NCBI GenBank assembly: GCA_965649825.1
Contig: OZ287711.1
Span: forward strand, 107,201-171,200
From: Penicillus capitatus
Lineage: Eukaryota; Plantae; Chlorophyta
DNA: 64,000 nucleotides
Direction of reading: 5' to 3'
Of this stretch, positions 48,129-61,074 are shown piece after piece. The notes beneath the pieces were generated by a model that did not search any database, was not told where the DNA came from, and saw only the letters and a list, made by a program, of their open reading frames with translations. The first letter of the stretch is position 1. Every line of letters begins with the position of its first letter. A program made the position numbers and the translations under genes.

Positions 48129-50221
48129 TTACATGCGGAACACGCCGTAAGTACTGCGACGAACGGCCTCGCCGTGCATCGCGGCGCCAAGGGCCAGTCC
48201 CAGCACCCAGCGCGTATCCTTCGGCTCGATGATACCGTCGTCCCACAGACGCGCCGTCGAGTAGTAGGCGGAGCCTTCGTGGGCGTAGCGATCGCGGATC
48301 TCCTGCTTGAAACGCTCCCTCTCGTGCGGCGCCCACTCCTGAAGACGCCATTCCGACCGCGGTCATGCCAAGAGCTGTGCGATGACTTACCTGTCCAGGT
48401 TGGTTTTTGCGATGCACGGTGGCGAGGACGTCGGCCGCCTGATCGCCGCCCATAACAGAGATCCGCGCATTCGGCCACATGAAGAGAAAGGCCGGATCGT
48501 AGGCGCGGCCACACATGCCGTAGTTCCCTGCGCCGAAACTCCCGCCGACGATCACCGTCAGTCGCGGTACCTAGCCACACGGGTTTGCGCTCGGCACAGG
48601 GGATCGACTGGCCGCACCTGGACATTGGAGACGGCCATGACCATTTTGGATCCGTTCTTGGCGATGCCGCCCGCTTCGTGCTTCTGCCCTGTCTCCTGAG
48701 CGATGTCCAGGAAAGGACGCGACGGAGCGCGGCGTCCTACCGATCATGAACCCCGTGATGTTCTGAAAGAAGAGGAGTGGAATGCCGCGCTGCCCGCACA
48801 GCTGAATGAAGTGTGCGCCTTTGAGCGCCGCTTCCGAAAAGAGGACGCCGTTGTTGGCGACGATGCCGACGGTCTGACCATAGAGACGACCGAATCCCGT
48901 CACCAGCGTCTTCCCGTAGTTCTCTTTGAACTCGTGAAATCTCCACGCCACCACACAGTCACCCCCAGAATCGCGCAAGAGAGGGTCGATCAGATACCGA
49001 CTGCCGTCAAGAATGCGTGCCAACACCGAGCGGATGTCGAACGGCGTTCGCGGGTCGACAGGTACACAGCCGTTGAGTTCTTCCGGGGGGTAGAGCGGCG
49101 CTTCCTCCTCCGCCGCCGCCTGTCCCATCACGGCCGAATGCGGAACCGTGGCGAAGATGTCGCGGGCGAGCTGGATGGCGTGGTCTTCGTTCTCGGCCAG
49201 ATGGTCCGCAACGCCAGACGTCGATGTGTGAAGCACGGCGCCGCCGAGATCTTCGGCCGTCACTTCTTCGCCCGTCGCCGCTTTCACCAACGACGGACTG
49301 CCGAGAAAGATCGTTCCGTTGCCGCGAACGATGATCGTCTCGTCCGCCATGGCCGGTACGTAAGCGCCGCCGGCGGCGCACATACCCATGACCACGGCAA
49401 CCTGAGGACATCCCGCCGCCGACAGCCGCGCCTGCACCCACTCCCTCGTCTCCCAGATGCGCACCCACATGTGCGGCACTTGGTTGTAGAAGATGCGGCC
49501 GAAGTGAAAGCGGTCGGGGAAGACGTCGGCCTGGCGGGGGAGATTGGCGCCACCCGAGTCGACGAAATAGACGCACGGCAGTCGACACGTCTCGGCGATC
49601 TCTTGCAGTCGCAGATGCTTCTTGACCGTCATCGGATAGTACGTCCCACCTCGAAGACACGAACAGCCTCCGACAGATCTGGCGCATCTCCGCAAAAGTC
49701 ACACCTTTGACCGTCGCATCGTTGGCAACAACCGCCACGAGGCGACCATGGACCCGACCGACACCTAAGCCACGAGGACGGCCCCATCGCCCGCCAGCAG
49801 CAGAGTGAGTGGCCCCACCGGTGACGATGCCGGCCGACGGGACCTGTTCGTCTGGATAGAGCTCGTGTGCGGCGAGCTGCGAGAGTTCAAGGAATGCCGA
49901 TCCTGGGTCCAACAGCCGATCGATGCGCTCTCTCGGCATACGTTTCCCTCGAGAGCGGTGCTTCTCCACTGCCTTCTCTCCTCCGCCTTCCACCACTCGG
50001 CGCACCTCCGCCCTGGTCTCCCGTCCATAATGTCGTCGCACGGCGGAAGGGGCAGCACCCCACCTCAGCGACGTCAGGCGTTGCGCCATTGCCTCGGCGT
50101 TGCGTCGGAAGTCTTCGCCACCGACATCGATGCCCGACGGACAGCGACGCGTCGTCTCGAACAGCCCCGCGGCATCGGCCGTCGTCACAAAACAGAACCT
50201 GCCGATGCATCTCCGCCACAT
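48129..50221 (-). CDS. MCCB: methylcrotonoyl-CoA carboxylase beta subunit, mitochondrial
   Basis: [62 protein letters not shown] and C-terminal YGVFRM*. Confidence 0.97.
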
Positions 50222-50260
50222 CGATCTTCGCGCATTAACTGGCGTCTCCGCAATTGAAGG

Positions 50261-51903
50261 ATGGCGTTTTCTGTCGCGTACCGTCGTCCTTGCCGCGCCC
50301 TCCTGTTGCCGAACTCCGGCAACAGCGATGGCCAAGCCAAACCCAACCGCCTCATCGTCCCCGGCAGTCGTCCCACCCCGTCGCCCTTTGCCAAACCCCT
50401 CGTGCCGACCGAACCGCAAGACGCCCAGGGAAAACGCACGTACCGACCGCCCATGGGCTACTTCGTCCAGACGAAGGACAGGGACGCGGCTGCGGTTGAC
50501 GAGATCGACGAGGAGGCGATGATCCAGCGGCTGAATGCGGGAGCGGGACGGTGGTATGAGCTCGCTGCCTACATCCCCCGACTGAACGTCGCTGGCTACG
50601 ACGCGTATCTCATCGAACAGCTGGCGGGAATCGCCAAGCGCGAACAGGACATCTTGGTCACGGCGGCGTCTGTTCGGCAGTCCATCGCACGCCACAGTCG
50701 CCAACAGAACCTCGCGGGATACGAGACCACCATGGAGTACTTTGAGATCGAAGGTCGCACTCTTCTCACTCTACGAATGCTGAGAATCCGACAGGGGCGC
50801 ATTTCGCTCTGTACGAGCTGCGGTTTCTCGACGTGACAGACCGAGTGTCCTGTGCCGAGTACGTGGCGCGGAACGAACTGCACGCCAAAGTGCGAGATGG
50901 CTTCGCGTGATGTCTGCTCACTCTTTTGGATGGAGCACAGGAGACGCGAGATCTGGCCAGAGCGGCGAAGGAATACCACAGAAGGGAGGAGGAAGCGGCG
51001 GGATTCGAATGCACACCGGAAGACATGTGGGCCTACCAGTACTATCGAAACGTCACATCAACCCACTTGTAGCCTTCCTTCTCAGCCCTGCTGCAATTCC
51101 AGGCGCTCGAGAGCCGAGAACGGAAACTGATTGCCGCTTTCGTGGAGAAGGGACTCAAGGTTGTCCGTTCCGAGACGGCCCGGGAGAAGCTGGTAGCCCA
51201 GATGTCGCTGTCACGGATGTGACGGTGGGTCCTGTTGCGCAGGCGTCAGTGCTGACGGGCCACGAGAAGCTGCAAGACTCCGGAGATCGGATCGCACCTG
51301 CCAAGATCCACATCTACCGGCTTCTGAGTCAGGAAACGCGGTTCCGTCCCCTGCCCTACGCCGGAGAGCTCGACACGGTTCTCTGCCATTCGGAGGAGTC
51401 GCGATTTGAAGGAGGGGGGACGTCTAGGTCCACGGCACCGTCCTGAAGCGCTGTCCCGTTGCCAAGACCTCCGGCGAGTTTGGCCTGTTCAGCATGGAAG
51501 AGATGGAGATGCCCGAGCATCCGTGGAAGTGGCTGGCGCTGCCGAATTGGCCGCTCTTCTCCCACGCCAAGCGTCCCGTCGCGCTCGGAATCAGGAACTG
51601 CGCCTCGCTGTCGGTGCTCCGATCATCGATCCTCGCCAAGGTACCTTCGCTCGTCAAGCGATCGACACCGTGAGCGTGCTCTGTCCGCAGAGCAAGGCAG
51701 AGGCGCTGAGACTGAGCGGCAGCGGCTTGTTGGTCGCAGACGCCTCCGTCCACGAGGCCCGAGACCCCGAATCGTACTACCTGGTCTCTGCGGCGCCGCT
51801 GGTGGCGCTGAAGTCAGTGGAGGAAATCGCCGAGCAATCGCACGAGGTTCTGGCGAAGGTGCTCTTCGTGTGTCGTCCCCCAGACATGGACAGCGAATTC
51901 TGA
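50261..51903 (+). CDS. RAF1: Rubisco accumulation factor 1
   Basis: [57 protein letters not shown] and C-terminal VLFVCRPP match the RAF1 HTH, alpha and beta domains. Confidence 0.9.
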
Positions 51904-52029
51904 ACAATCTTTACAGAAAGTGACCCGTAGAGGAACATATAAGGCTTTGAAGCAGCATTTGTGCGCTATCGTGACTGGTTGGTTATTGGCCTCGTCCAAC
52001 GACGAGCCATCCATTCAATCTCTCTTCCC

Positions 52030-53791
52030 TCACGCCGCTTTGGCGAATCCGACTCGTTCGTTGCCGTAGTCGTAGATGGAGTGATAGGCTGCAACAGAGC
52101 GACGTCGCACTTCGAATGGAGCGGGAAGCGAAAGAACCTGCTAGGAAGGAATCGCCGAGGATCCAGAGACCCTTGCCGATGTCTAGGCTCATGAAGCCGC
52201 TGATGCACGACGCTTGACCGAACATCTTCATCTGCAGTCACACAGTCCTCACACTCCTGCGGAAAGGCGATGGCGGCGACCGACCTCCCAGATGTAGTTC
52301 TGCGGCGAGAGAGGGAAATCGACACCGTTGATTCTGAAGATGACGTCCGGCAGGATCGCGCGGGTCGAGCACGCGACCGACGTCGTCGAAGAGCCGAAGA
52401 TTCCGTTGTCTTGCGGCACCATGGTCGCACACACGTGGGCAATCATCCCACTCTTCTCCAGAGCTTCCAACGATGCGGCCCCTTTCATGAACCGCACCGC
52501 CGCCGTGCAGATGGAGCACTCGACGCTCTTGACGTCCTCCTCGGCCATGAGCCTTCGCCTCTGCGCCGGAAAGAGCGACGCCTTCGACGTTCGCTTCGGA
52601 CACATGCCGACCTCTTCGCACAGCGCCTCGGCCGCCGCGCCGTTGCGCCGTCGGTCGAAGACCGCCTTCGCGATCGTCGTCAGATGATCCGTGCAGAGGT
52701 CCGCGATCGACCGCGTCTCCAGTCCGTTGTCCTCTGCGGCTCTGCGAATGCGATCGTTGATCTTCTTGATGTCGTTCGCGGGGCCGCAGATGAGCGAGGT
52801 TCCCGTGTCGGCGACCATCTGACAGCCGCCGTCGCACATGTCGTCGATACCGGACAGCTTCAGGCTGTCGACTTTGATCTGCCAGTAGCCGCGCATCGTG
52901 ACATTGGCCCAGACGTGCTCTCCGGTGTAGTGCGCTGGATCGGCGCCTCCGAAGACGAGCTCGCCGCCGTCGCCTTCGCTCTCGCCCGGTGGCAGCTTCT
53001 TGATGTGGAACGAGAAGACGGGCTCGTCGATGAGCTGTTGCTGGATCATGTTCTGGAACGGCGGCGCGACGCCGGAGATGGCGATTTCCGGAAATCCCAG
53101 TCCCTAAAGTACTGCACACGTCGCGTCACCGTTCACCGGATCGGAGGCACACGGACCAGCACGCCGTCGAACTTTCCGACCGCGAAAGTGAGTCCGGGCT
53201 CGTAGAGCGCCTCGGCAAAGGTTTGCGCCTTGATGGTGACATTGCCGACGATCATGTCATCGACCGAGAAGATGCCGCTGAGCTTCCCAGAGCCGTACCG
53301 GATGGAGAAGAATCGTCCGTCTCTCTAGACCACACTCGACGCTTTTCGAGATGTCATCGAGCACAACGGTACCCAGTGGGTGGAGGAGTGGGAGGAACGG
53401 TAGGATGGATGCACCCAGCAGGCGATGGAGAACCAGCACTTGGTCGACGGGACCCACGTGTTGGAGCTTCCCGTGTCGAAGACCACATCGAAGTACTGCG
53501 GCGGTGTGCCGACGCCGATTTGGCCGTAGTACTGCAGGGGCACAGAAACGAACAGCGTGTCACTGTCGCCGCCTGTCGTGCGTCGCGTACCTGAGCGTTG
53601 TTGTAGCCTTTCAGGGGGACGCGGTCGAGGTGGTCGGCATTCGAGTACTGCGCGTATTTCTGACGCGGTAGCAGCAGAGAGTCAACAGAACGCGGCTTGG
53701 TCCTGAGTGCGATGCGGTGGAGGTCTCCCCGAACGCGTTTGTCGAGGACGGCCAGCAGCGCCACGAAAGTGAGCAGCCAAATGCCGCGCAT
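52030..53791 (-). CDS. aspartic protease (phytepsin/cathepsin D-like) with saposin-like plant-specific insert
   Basis: Signal peptide, [24 protein letters not shown], second catalytic motif ADTGTS, Cys-rich [11 protein letters not shown] and [11 protein letters not shown]. Confidence 0.96.
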
Positions 53792-53920
53792 TGCAAAGCG
53801 AACGAACAAACACGCGTTCGAGTGAATTGTCTGCTCGGTCACGCTCATGTGCGTCACGCCGACATGACCGAGCATCCAAGACGTCAGTCACATCACTGTC
53901 CCCCTTCGCAAAAAATCTTC

Positions 53921-55362
53921 TCAGTCTTCCTGGACGTGACGATTCTTCCGTTCGTTGAACAAAAACCGCTGAGGTCACACAGATGAGACGCCGATGGTCG
54001 ACGGAGGGAACCGGACTTTGAAAATCTGCGTGTAAGCCTTGGTCTGCGTGAGGTACTCCACCTTGCGGCTCTTGATGCCGCCGCCGTTCTTCTCCTGGCC
54101 CATGCGCCGAACCAAGGGCACCAGGTGCCGAGCCGGCACGCTCGGGTGCTCAGCTGCAGAGACCATCTCACGCTTTTAGCGAAAGGAGCGAGATTCCACA
54201 CCCAGGCAGTTGATGAAGAACTTCGCCGTCTCTGTCAGCTGTCCGCTCATCAGCAGATCGGTCACGCACATGCCAGGCGACAGGATGTGCACTCCTAGAC
54301 GACGCCGTGCGGCGAATGAGGACCGCGAGCGCGACGAGAGCGAGCGCGACCTATGTTGTCGATTTCTTGCAGCTTGAGCTCGGCGCTGAGGGACTCGTTG
54401 AACTGCATGAGGGCGTACTTCGTCGCGCCGTAGGCGGCGAATCTCGGAGTAGGGCGGCCGTTGGCGCCAGCCCCGTCCATGTTGAAGATGTGACCGTCTT
54501 CGTCCTGCTGAGACATGACACGAACGGCCTGGGCATCGCACACTCGTTCGCGTAGCGGTGCCGAGGTCGATCGGCACTTCTTTGCAGGCAAGCATGGCTC
54601 CCAGGATGTTGGTTTCGAGAATCTCGCGCAGCGTCTCTTCGTCGAACTCGGTCAGCGGTTGGTACTGGTATCCGTTCGTTCCCGCGTTGTTGATCCTGCA
54701 CAGGGCAGGGCGTTCGTCGTGCAGAGGAGAAAGGGCGAGAAGTGTGACCAGAAATGAATGGCGCCGTGCTCTGTGCGAGCGTAGTCCGCGAGATCTGCCA
54801 CTTCACCGGAGCGCGACACGTCGCATGTGACCCCCTTGTCCGACCACACCATCCCTCAGAAGAGAGGCACGGTGGAGCGGGTCTGATGTACGCTGATTTT
54901 GGCGTCTTGGCCGAACTCTGTGTGCAGTGCGCGCACCGCCTGTCGGACGTTGCTGTCTAGAAAAGAGCGAGATCTCGCTGCAGCGGTCATGGGGACGAAA
55001 CGCACAGTTTCGGGATGAGATGATGACGTCATCTCCCGATCTGAGGAACTCTCGAGCGAGCTCCAAGCCAATGCCTATCGGTTGCAGAGGGCACGCACTC
55101 AATACCGCGGGCAGGGGAGTCGCAGAGTACCTTTGGTTGAGCCTGTGATCACTACTTTGAAAGGACCCGCGGGGAGACGGCCGCGTCCGTTGCCGGTGGC
55201 GTCGAATTTCGTCGACGGCGTGATGTCGCCTTCGACAGCCGCTGCCCTGGGGACGACGACGCGCCGAAAACAGCCTGTGCACGGTGAGTGTCGATCGCGG
55301 TCGGTATCGCGGCGAAGCTTACGGGTTGCAGATGGCGAAGGGCGAAGCCCAATTCCGCGCAT
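53921..55362 (-). CDS. NOL: chlorophyll(ide) b reductase NOL/NYC1-like (SDR family), chloroplastic
   Basis: VVITGSTKGIG, INNAG, HIFNMDGAGANGRPTPRFAAYGATK, LSPGMCVTDLLM and a C-terminal YTQIF..RKNRHV tail typical of NOL. Confidence 0.92.
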
Positions 55363-56142
55363 CTGAAAAAATCGTGAAAAATGACGGTCCTGACAAACGA
55401 ACGCCACATTTCATTCATTCATACGCCGAGAATGAGACAATTCACGTACGCTGGGCGACAAGACGCCTTCTGCTGCCGAAACTGCGGCAAGACAGCTAGC
55501 TGCCTGCCCCGGCAAAGCTTTCTCTCCACAGCTGTCAAGTCGACACCCGAAGGCGAGACAGAGACGAGTGCCAAGCCACGCAGAGAGTAGCGCCAGAAAG
55601 GCTCACGTCCCGCAGAAACCGCCACTGTCTCGGCAGAAGTCGCAGAGGCCGGAAAGGGCAGCGGCGAGGCCATCAAACGCCAAACCAAGGCTCCGACGGA
55701 AACAGAGACGGTCAAGGCCATCGAAGCCGAGTTCCACGAGACGCCAGTCGGAGCCCGAGAAAAGGCAGGAGGGCGATAGCGACGCACATTCCGTCGAAGA
55801 AATCGAATAGAGGACGCGACAGACGTTTTCGCATGTTCTCGAAGTCTCTGGAAATCACTCCGCGGAGAATGATGCTCGCGTCAGCTCCAGAGCGAAACAA
55901 TTGGCCTGTCACTCCACGTCATACGAATGGTGTTAGACCAACGACCATTTAAGCGCTGTCATCAGTTGACTCAATCAAGGCATCGTCCTTTTTCGCTCTA
56001 TATCCGTTGCATTGCAGACGCGCCTTGGAGAGTTTTGTGCAGAGCGACAGACAACGAGGCAGCGCGTTTTCTTCTTTCCAGGATTTCCTGCTCAGTAAAT
56101 CTCTACTTCCTGTGGTTGTCTCCTGAGCATTTTGCTGTTAGA

Positions 56143-56532
56143 ATGCCTCGACTGCTATCCGTACTGTTAGCTTCCTTGGTGCTCTGGAAGCATGCAGAAG
56201 CTGTGGAGTGCTCGGGCGAATGCGAACAACTGCAATGTGCATATTTTTCCCAGTTCTTTTGCTCATGCGAAAACGTTGATACTTTATGTTCCACTCACGA
56301 GTACTGCCGTCGGGGACGCTGTTCACCTCTTGGCCAAACAGGTTGCTCGAAAAGAAAAAGAAAACACCTGTGCGGACCTACCATCTGCATCGGTTCAGAC
56401 TGCAGCGTAACCAGCATTGGCATTGACGGAGATGGAAATCAAGTATACTACAGAAACGCAGCGCTGAGGCCACAACATGGCGTTCTGTTGGCGTGGATTC
56501 TTCTATCGACATTCATACTCGCAATACTCTGA
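56143..56532 (+). CDS. small Cys-rich secreted protein with hydrophobic C-terminal (GPI-like) tail, paralog 1
   Basis: Signal peptide MPRLLSVLLASLVLWKHAEA, 12 Cys, and terminal GVLLAWILLSTFILAIL*. Confidence 0.75.
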   Translation: MPRLLSVLLASLVLWKHAEAVECSGECEQLQCAYFSQFFCSCENVDTLCSTHEYCRRGRCSPLGQTGCSKRKRKHLCGPTICIGSDCSVTSIGIDGDGNQVYYRNAALRPQHGVLLAWILLSTFILAIL

Positions 56533-57057
56533 CAGCCTCTGCATTGCCACGAAGATTTGGTCTTCTTTGAGTGACTGACTCACTTTTGTTTTCCCTGCTT
56601 CCTTCTTTCTGTGCATGTATCGCTCCGCCTTTACCGTTTTCTTCAGTGTATGTTTCACATCCACTAGTTTTCTGCGTCCTCATGAGGCGCTTTGCGGTCC
56701 GTTACCCGACCATGGCGTTGTGAAATGTGGAATGCGTTGTCCAAGAGAACTAATTATTCAGTCCATTCATGTGTTGAGAATGAGACAGTACTTGTACATG
56801 GGAAACTCTTCTGCAGTGAAGAGACGGACAGATGGCTGGCAAAGATCGAACGTATCCCGCTTTAAATGACATTGATTGATCCCGACGGTCTAGACGAACT
56901 GCCTTGGCCTCGTCCAGGCGCCAGTCATTCGCAGCCGCAGAGAGAAGATTTTGAGAACAACGGCTGCGAACGAGCAAACGGACTTCCGCTCTCTGATTTG
57001 GCTGCATTCACACAGCGTAACCTTGTACTGGCTGAACGTGGACCAACTCTGCCCAGG

Positions 57058-57449
57058 ATGATGCGACTGCTGATGTTGCTCTCGGCACTCGCTTTGCTTC
57101 GCTATCCTGCGATGGCGCAGATTCAGTCGTGCTCCGGCGAATGCTATGAACGCTTTTGCGTCTTTCAGACCCAATGCACGTGCATCTCCAACGAGCTCAT
57201 GTGCGGTGTTTCGAGACATGCACCTTTGGCATCTGCCAACCGCGTGCGTCCGCAATTTTCGGAGGAAATGCCTTCGCCTCAGCTCAAAGCGGCAGTTCTG
57301 GAAGCGCCCCAGCTGGACCGTGCGCCGAAGGAGCCTGCGGTCGACATGAGGTGTACGACGTGAACGACGTGAACGAAGCTTCTAGGCCGAACCGCAAAGC
57401 ACTCCTGGTGTGGTGTCTGGCAGCGGCCGTAGCGTTCGCGGTGCTGTGA
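57058..57449 (+). CDS. small Cys-rich GPI-like protein, paralog 2 (apparent 1-nt frameshift, or a 59-nt intron, near 57209)
   Basis: Signal peptide and a CSGEC start shared with paralog 1. The C-terminal half lies in another frame and ends ALLVWCLAAAVAFAVL*. Confidence 0.65.
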
Positions 57450-57690
57450 CACCCCTCCCTCCCCTTTGGCTCGTCCGGTCGGACACTCGAACTCCGGCGT
57501 TCTTCCGAATGACCCCGACGAGCCGCCACAGCTCGGTGCCCTCTGTATCATACGGCGATTCCTCGCCTGTAAGGAAGGTTCTGCGCGACCATTCTGTCTC
57601 TGGAAGACCGCCTCCTGTCGTGCGCGAGTGGGGGTCAACGTCGAATGTACTGGGCGACGCGACGACGTCAACGGTCTCCTTCCGTTTCCC

Positions 57691-59126
57691 ATGCCGGCTT
57701 TCCGTCGTTCCGACGGACTGAGCTTCTGTTACTTCGTTCTCGGCTGCGGATTCCTCACCCCTTGGAACGCCCTCCTCAGCGCCGTGGATTACTTCGAGGG
57801 CACCTACCCCGTGCGTTCCTCTGATTCAGAACATCTTCTGAAACTGTGGCAGGAGAGGGATGTGCTGCGCTGGTTCTCTATCTGCTGCATACCCACGACG
57901 CTCCTCGCCGTCCTTGTCAACGGCGTCATCCCAGCACGAGACAGAGGACACTTCCGAATGTCCTGTGCTCTCGTCGTCTTCGTCCTGAGTCTTCTTTCTC
58001 TGCCGCTCGTATCTCCCACCTCCATTCATGCTGCACTCTGTATCCAGCGATGCATCGCCCCAGATGGATGTCCTCTTCGTGCAGGGTGGACAGGCATCGG
58101 ACGAGGCGTTCTGGCTGCTCATGGCCTTTGTTGTTATCATCGGCTTGATGGACGGCATCGTGGAGGGCAGCTTCATGGGACTCGCTCTGTACCTACCGGT
58201 TCAGTACTATCAAGTCTCACTCTTCCACACTGCCTCACACTTTGCCAGAGGTTGAGATGCAGAGCTACGTCGGGGGACAGGGATTCGCCGCAGTATTCAC
58301 CGTTGCTCTTAGGGCTGTGACCAAGGCAATGTTGACAGATTCGAGTGACGGACTGCGAATCAGTGCCGCCATCTTCTTCCTGTCCGCAGCTGTCATCTGT
58401 CTGGCTTGTCTTCTGGTGCAGAGATGCATCATCATCCCACACCCTCTGTTCGCGGAACAGCCGCATTCTTGCTCCGAAACGGTCCTCGTTCCAGAGACGG
58501 CGTCGGACAAAGAAAGCGACCTTTTGGTGAGCGATGGCGACAGCCGGTACATGGAAGTGGCCCAGAAGCTGAAGGCGGCGAGTCTCTTACTTCTCCTCTT
58601 CAATGTCGTGACCTACACCCTCTTCCCAGGGGTGATCTCAGATGTCGAGGTGCGTCTGCCTTTCAGCATCGACGCTTCTGCTGAATGCCAGTCGTCGCAG
58701 TGCGATGCTCTAGGGGATTGGTATGGCGTGATGCTGGTCGCCACCTTCGCCGTTTCGGACTTTATGGCGCGGATGACGCCCGGTACCTTCGTCTCCACCC
58801 GAGAGTCGACCGTCTCCGTGGCGCTGCTGGCAATGGCGGCGCTCATTCCGGTCACCTTTGTCGCTGCTCATTTCTTTCCCAACCCCTTCCTCATCGCATC
58901 GCTGATGTCCCTATTAGGCATCACAGACGGGTAGCGACTGGATGTCCTTCTGCGCTGCCGAACGAGGATACGTAGGTACATGACGCTGTGCTGCTTCGGA
59001 ATGGGCCAGAAGAAGCTGGAGGGAGGCCGGGAGACATTTCTAGGAGGGAACATTCTCGTGCTCGCGTCGCTGATTGGCATGTCCCTCGGCTCCGTCTGTT
59101 CCATGATATGGGCGGGTGCTGATTAA
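57691..59126 (+). CDS. equilibrative nucleoside transporter (ENT family); an upstream exon is possible
   Basis: LGCGFLTPWNALLSAVDYF, SYVGGQGFAAV, VTYTLFPG and SLLGITDGY, with multiple TM segments. Confidence 0.9.
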
Positions 59127-59391
59127 AGACATTCCCTTCAGAGGCCGGCTATGTCACACGTGTCGCGTCGAAGCCCGTCAGCTCTCACCGGCGACATCGC
59201 GACCACGACCTTTCGACGTGACAGGTAGCGAGTGTTCCGAGCGCCTTCCAGTCCGCAACACACCTCACTTTGTTACACTGGTTTCGTGTTAGAAGAGAAC
59301 AGCGTCCCTCTCTTAAGGGGCCATTCGGTGACGATGTCCATTCGTTCTTCCTCGTCATCACACTTTGCAATACGTCTGGCTCCTAAGCGCA

Positions 59392-61074
59392 ATGCAGATG
59401 CCGCTTTCGGAAGCCGTCGCCGATTCGCTCATCTGTTCGCCTTTGGAAGACGACGACATCTTGCGCAGAGTTCTGGGATACCTCGGAGGGGACGGCCTGC
59501 AAGAATGGCGCCGCGTTTGCAGAGGATGGTACAGTGTCTGTCGAGAGATGGAGGCGCATCTCAGTGTCACCGACGTCAATGCCCTCCGTCGGGCTTCGGA
59601 GTCCTTTCCTCGCGCCACGGAGCTGAGTTATCGACTTCCGGGCAGGTCCGTGGAGACTGTATTCGACGACGATGCGATGGATATGGTTGACGAGGACGTC
59701 GGAGAAGAGCCGCACGTCGTCACGAACGCGGCGCTGGAAGGACTGGTGACGTTCGGGTTCCTGCGGAGACTGCAGCTTTGCCTCGTCGAAGAACAGACGA
59801 CGCCCGAGGCGTGGGCACAGTGCTTCCGTCACCTCAGCGGCCTCCAGGACCTCAGTCTCTCATTTCATAGCTGTCGGGAACTGCTTCCAAACGTGCAGAG
59901 TTGCCTGAATGGTCTCACTGCGCTGACGGCTCTTGAGAGTCTTGAGGTTCTGTCGGCCTTCCGGACGGGAGCGACAATGCCGCGGATGAAAGGGCTCACC
60001 GCCCTGCAGACGCTCATCGTCAACATGGAGCTCCTCTTCGACGCAGGCAGAACCTACGCTTTCCAAGACTCGACGCGTCTGACGGCCCTGTGCGCGTTCC
60101 GGTGTAGAGAAGACGAACAGCCGTATAGTCTGGCGTACCTGCTCCAGGTTAGCGACCTCCCGTTTTGCCGGCGTTTCCAGCGAAACGCTTTCTGTTTGTA
60201 GGCGGCGTCTTCTTGCGCACCGCAACTTCGCAGTCTCGCCATCGACGCGTGGCAGTCGCTGGAGTGGAATGAAGACAGTTGTCTATTTCTGCGCAGTTTT
60301 GAACACCTCGACCGACTGGCTCTATCCGCTCCTATGGAACTCATGGAAGACGCGATGTATCGCGCTTCTCCGCTTTCCGGCATCAAAGACCTCACCCTGG
60401 AGGGCTCACTCACAGAGACGCACGTGCTTTATCACCTAACAAGTTTCACGAGACTCGAGAAGCTATCGCTGTTTTCTCACGAGCCCGTGTATCAAGACGT
60501 GGGCATCTTCCTTTCCGAGCTTCCGAAGCTGACGGCGCTGCTCGTTCCGGACATCAACGTGGGAGGGGCACTGCGTTTTATGCCGAATCTAACCTGCCTG
60601 TACCTTGGTTCTCTCCACGAACAGGATAAGCAGAGCCAGACAGAGATCCTCTCCTCCCTCAATTGCCTGTGTCGCCTCGAAGAGCTCGATTTCGACTGTC
60701 ACCTCGTTGTAACATCTCACCTAATAAATCTGAGACGCCTCAAGGAGCTCCACGTGCAATGCTGCGAATTCGACGAGGAGTTCGTGCCCTTCTTGGCGGA
60801 GCTGACAGAGTTGACGAAGCTTGTCTTTGTATCACGGATTGACGAAATCGCCGAGGGGGATTGTCGCCGCATTCGCAACATGAGTCGCCTGCACTCGCTG
60901 ACGCTGGAAGAGAATCGCCACAATCCCTGCTACTCCCTGCTGGCGGGCGGTCAGATGGAACGACTGAGAGAGCTTAGACTGGAAAGCTTTCAGCTGACAA
61001 GGGCAGAGTACTGGGAGTTTTTCAGGCAGTTTCCCTCTCTGCGGCAGCTGCATTCGAGTGTTGTTCCTTGTTAA
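59392..61074 (+). CDS. F-box-like / leucine-rich repeat protein
   Basis: N-terminal DDILRRVLGYL..WRRVCRGW F-box-like motif followed by many LxxLxxLxL repeats; one intron at about 60148-60200. Confidence 0.82.

Noticed and set aside
48703-50704. Long ORFs overlapping MCCB (49007-50704 minus, 565 aa; 48703-49710 plus, 335 aa) and similar ORFs across Hydin and phytepsin
   Set aside because: They are Arg/Ala-rich shadow frames of GC-rich coding DNA. The real products are recognisable in other frames.
55381-55810. Possible small gene divergent from NOL
   Set aside because: Several short frames are open, but none has a recognisable motif or a convincing splice model, so I cannot support a call.
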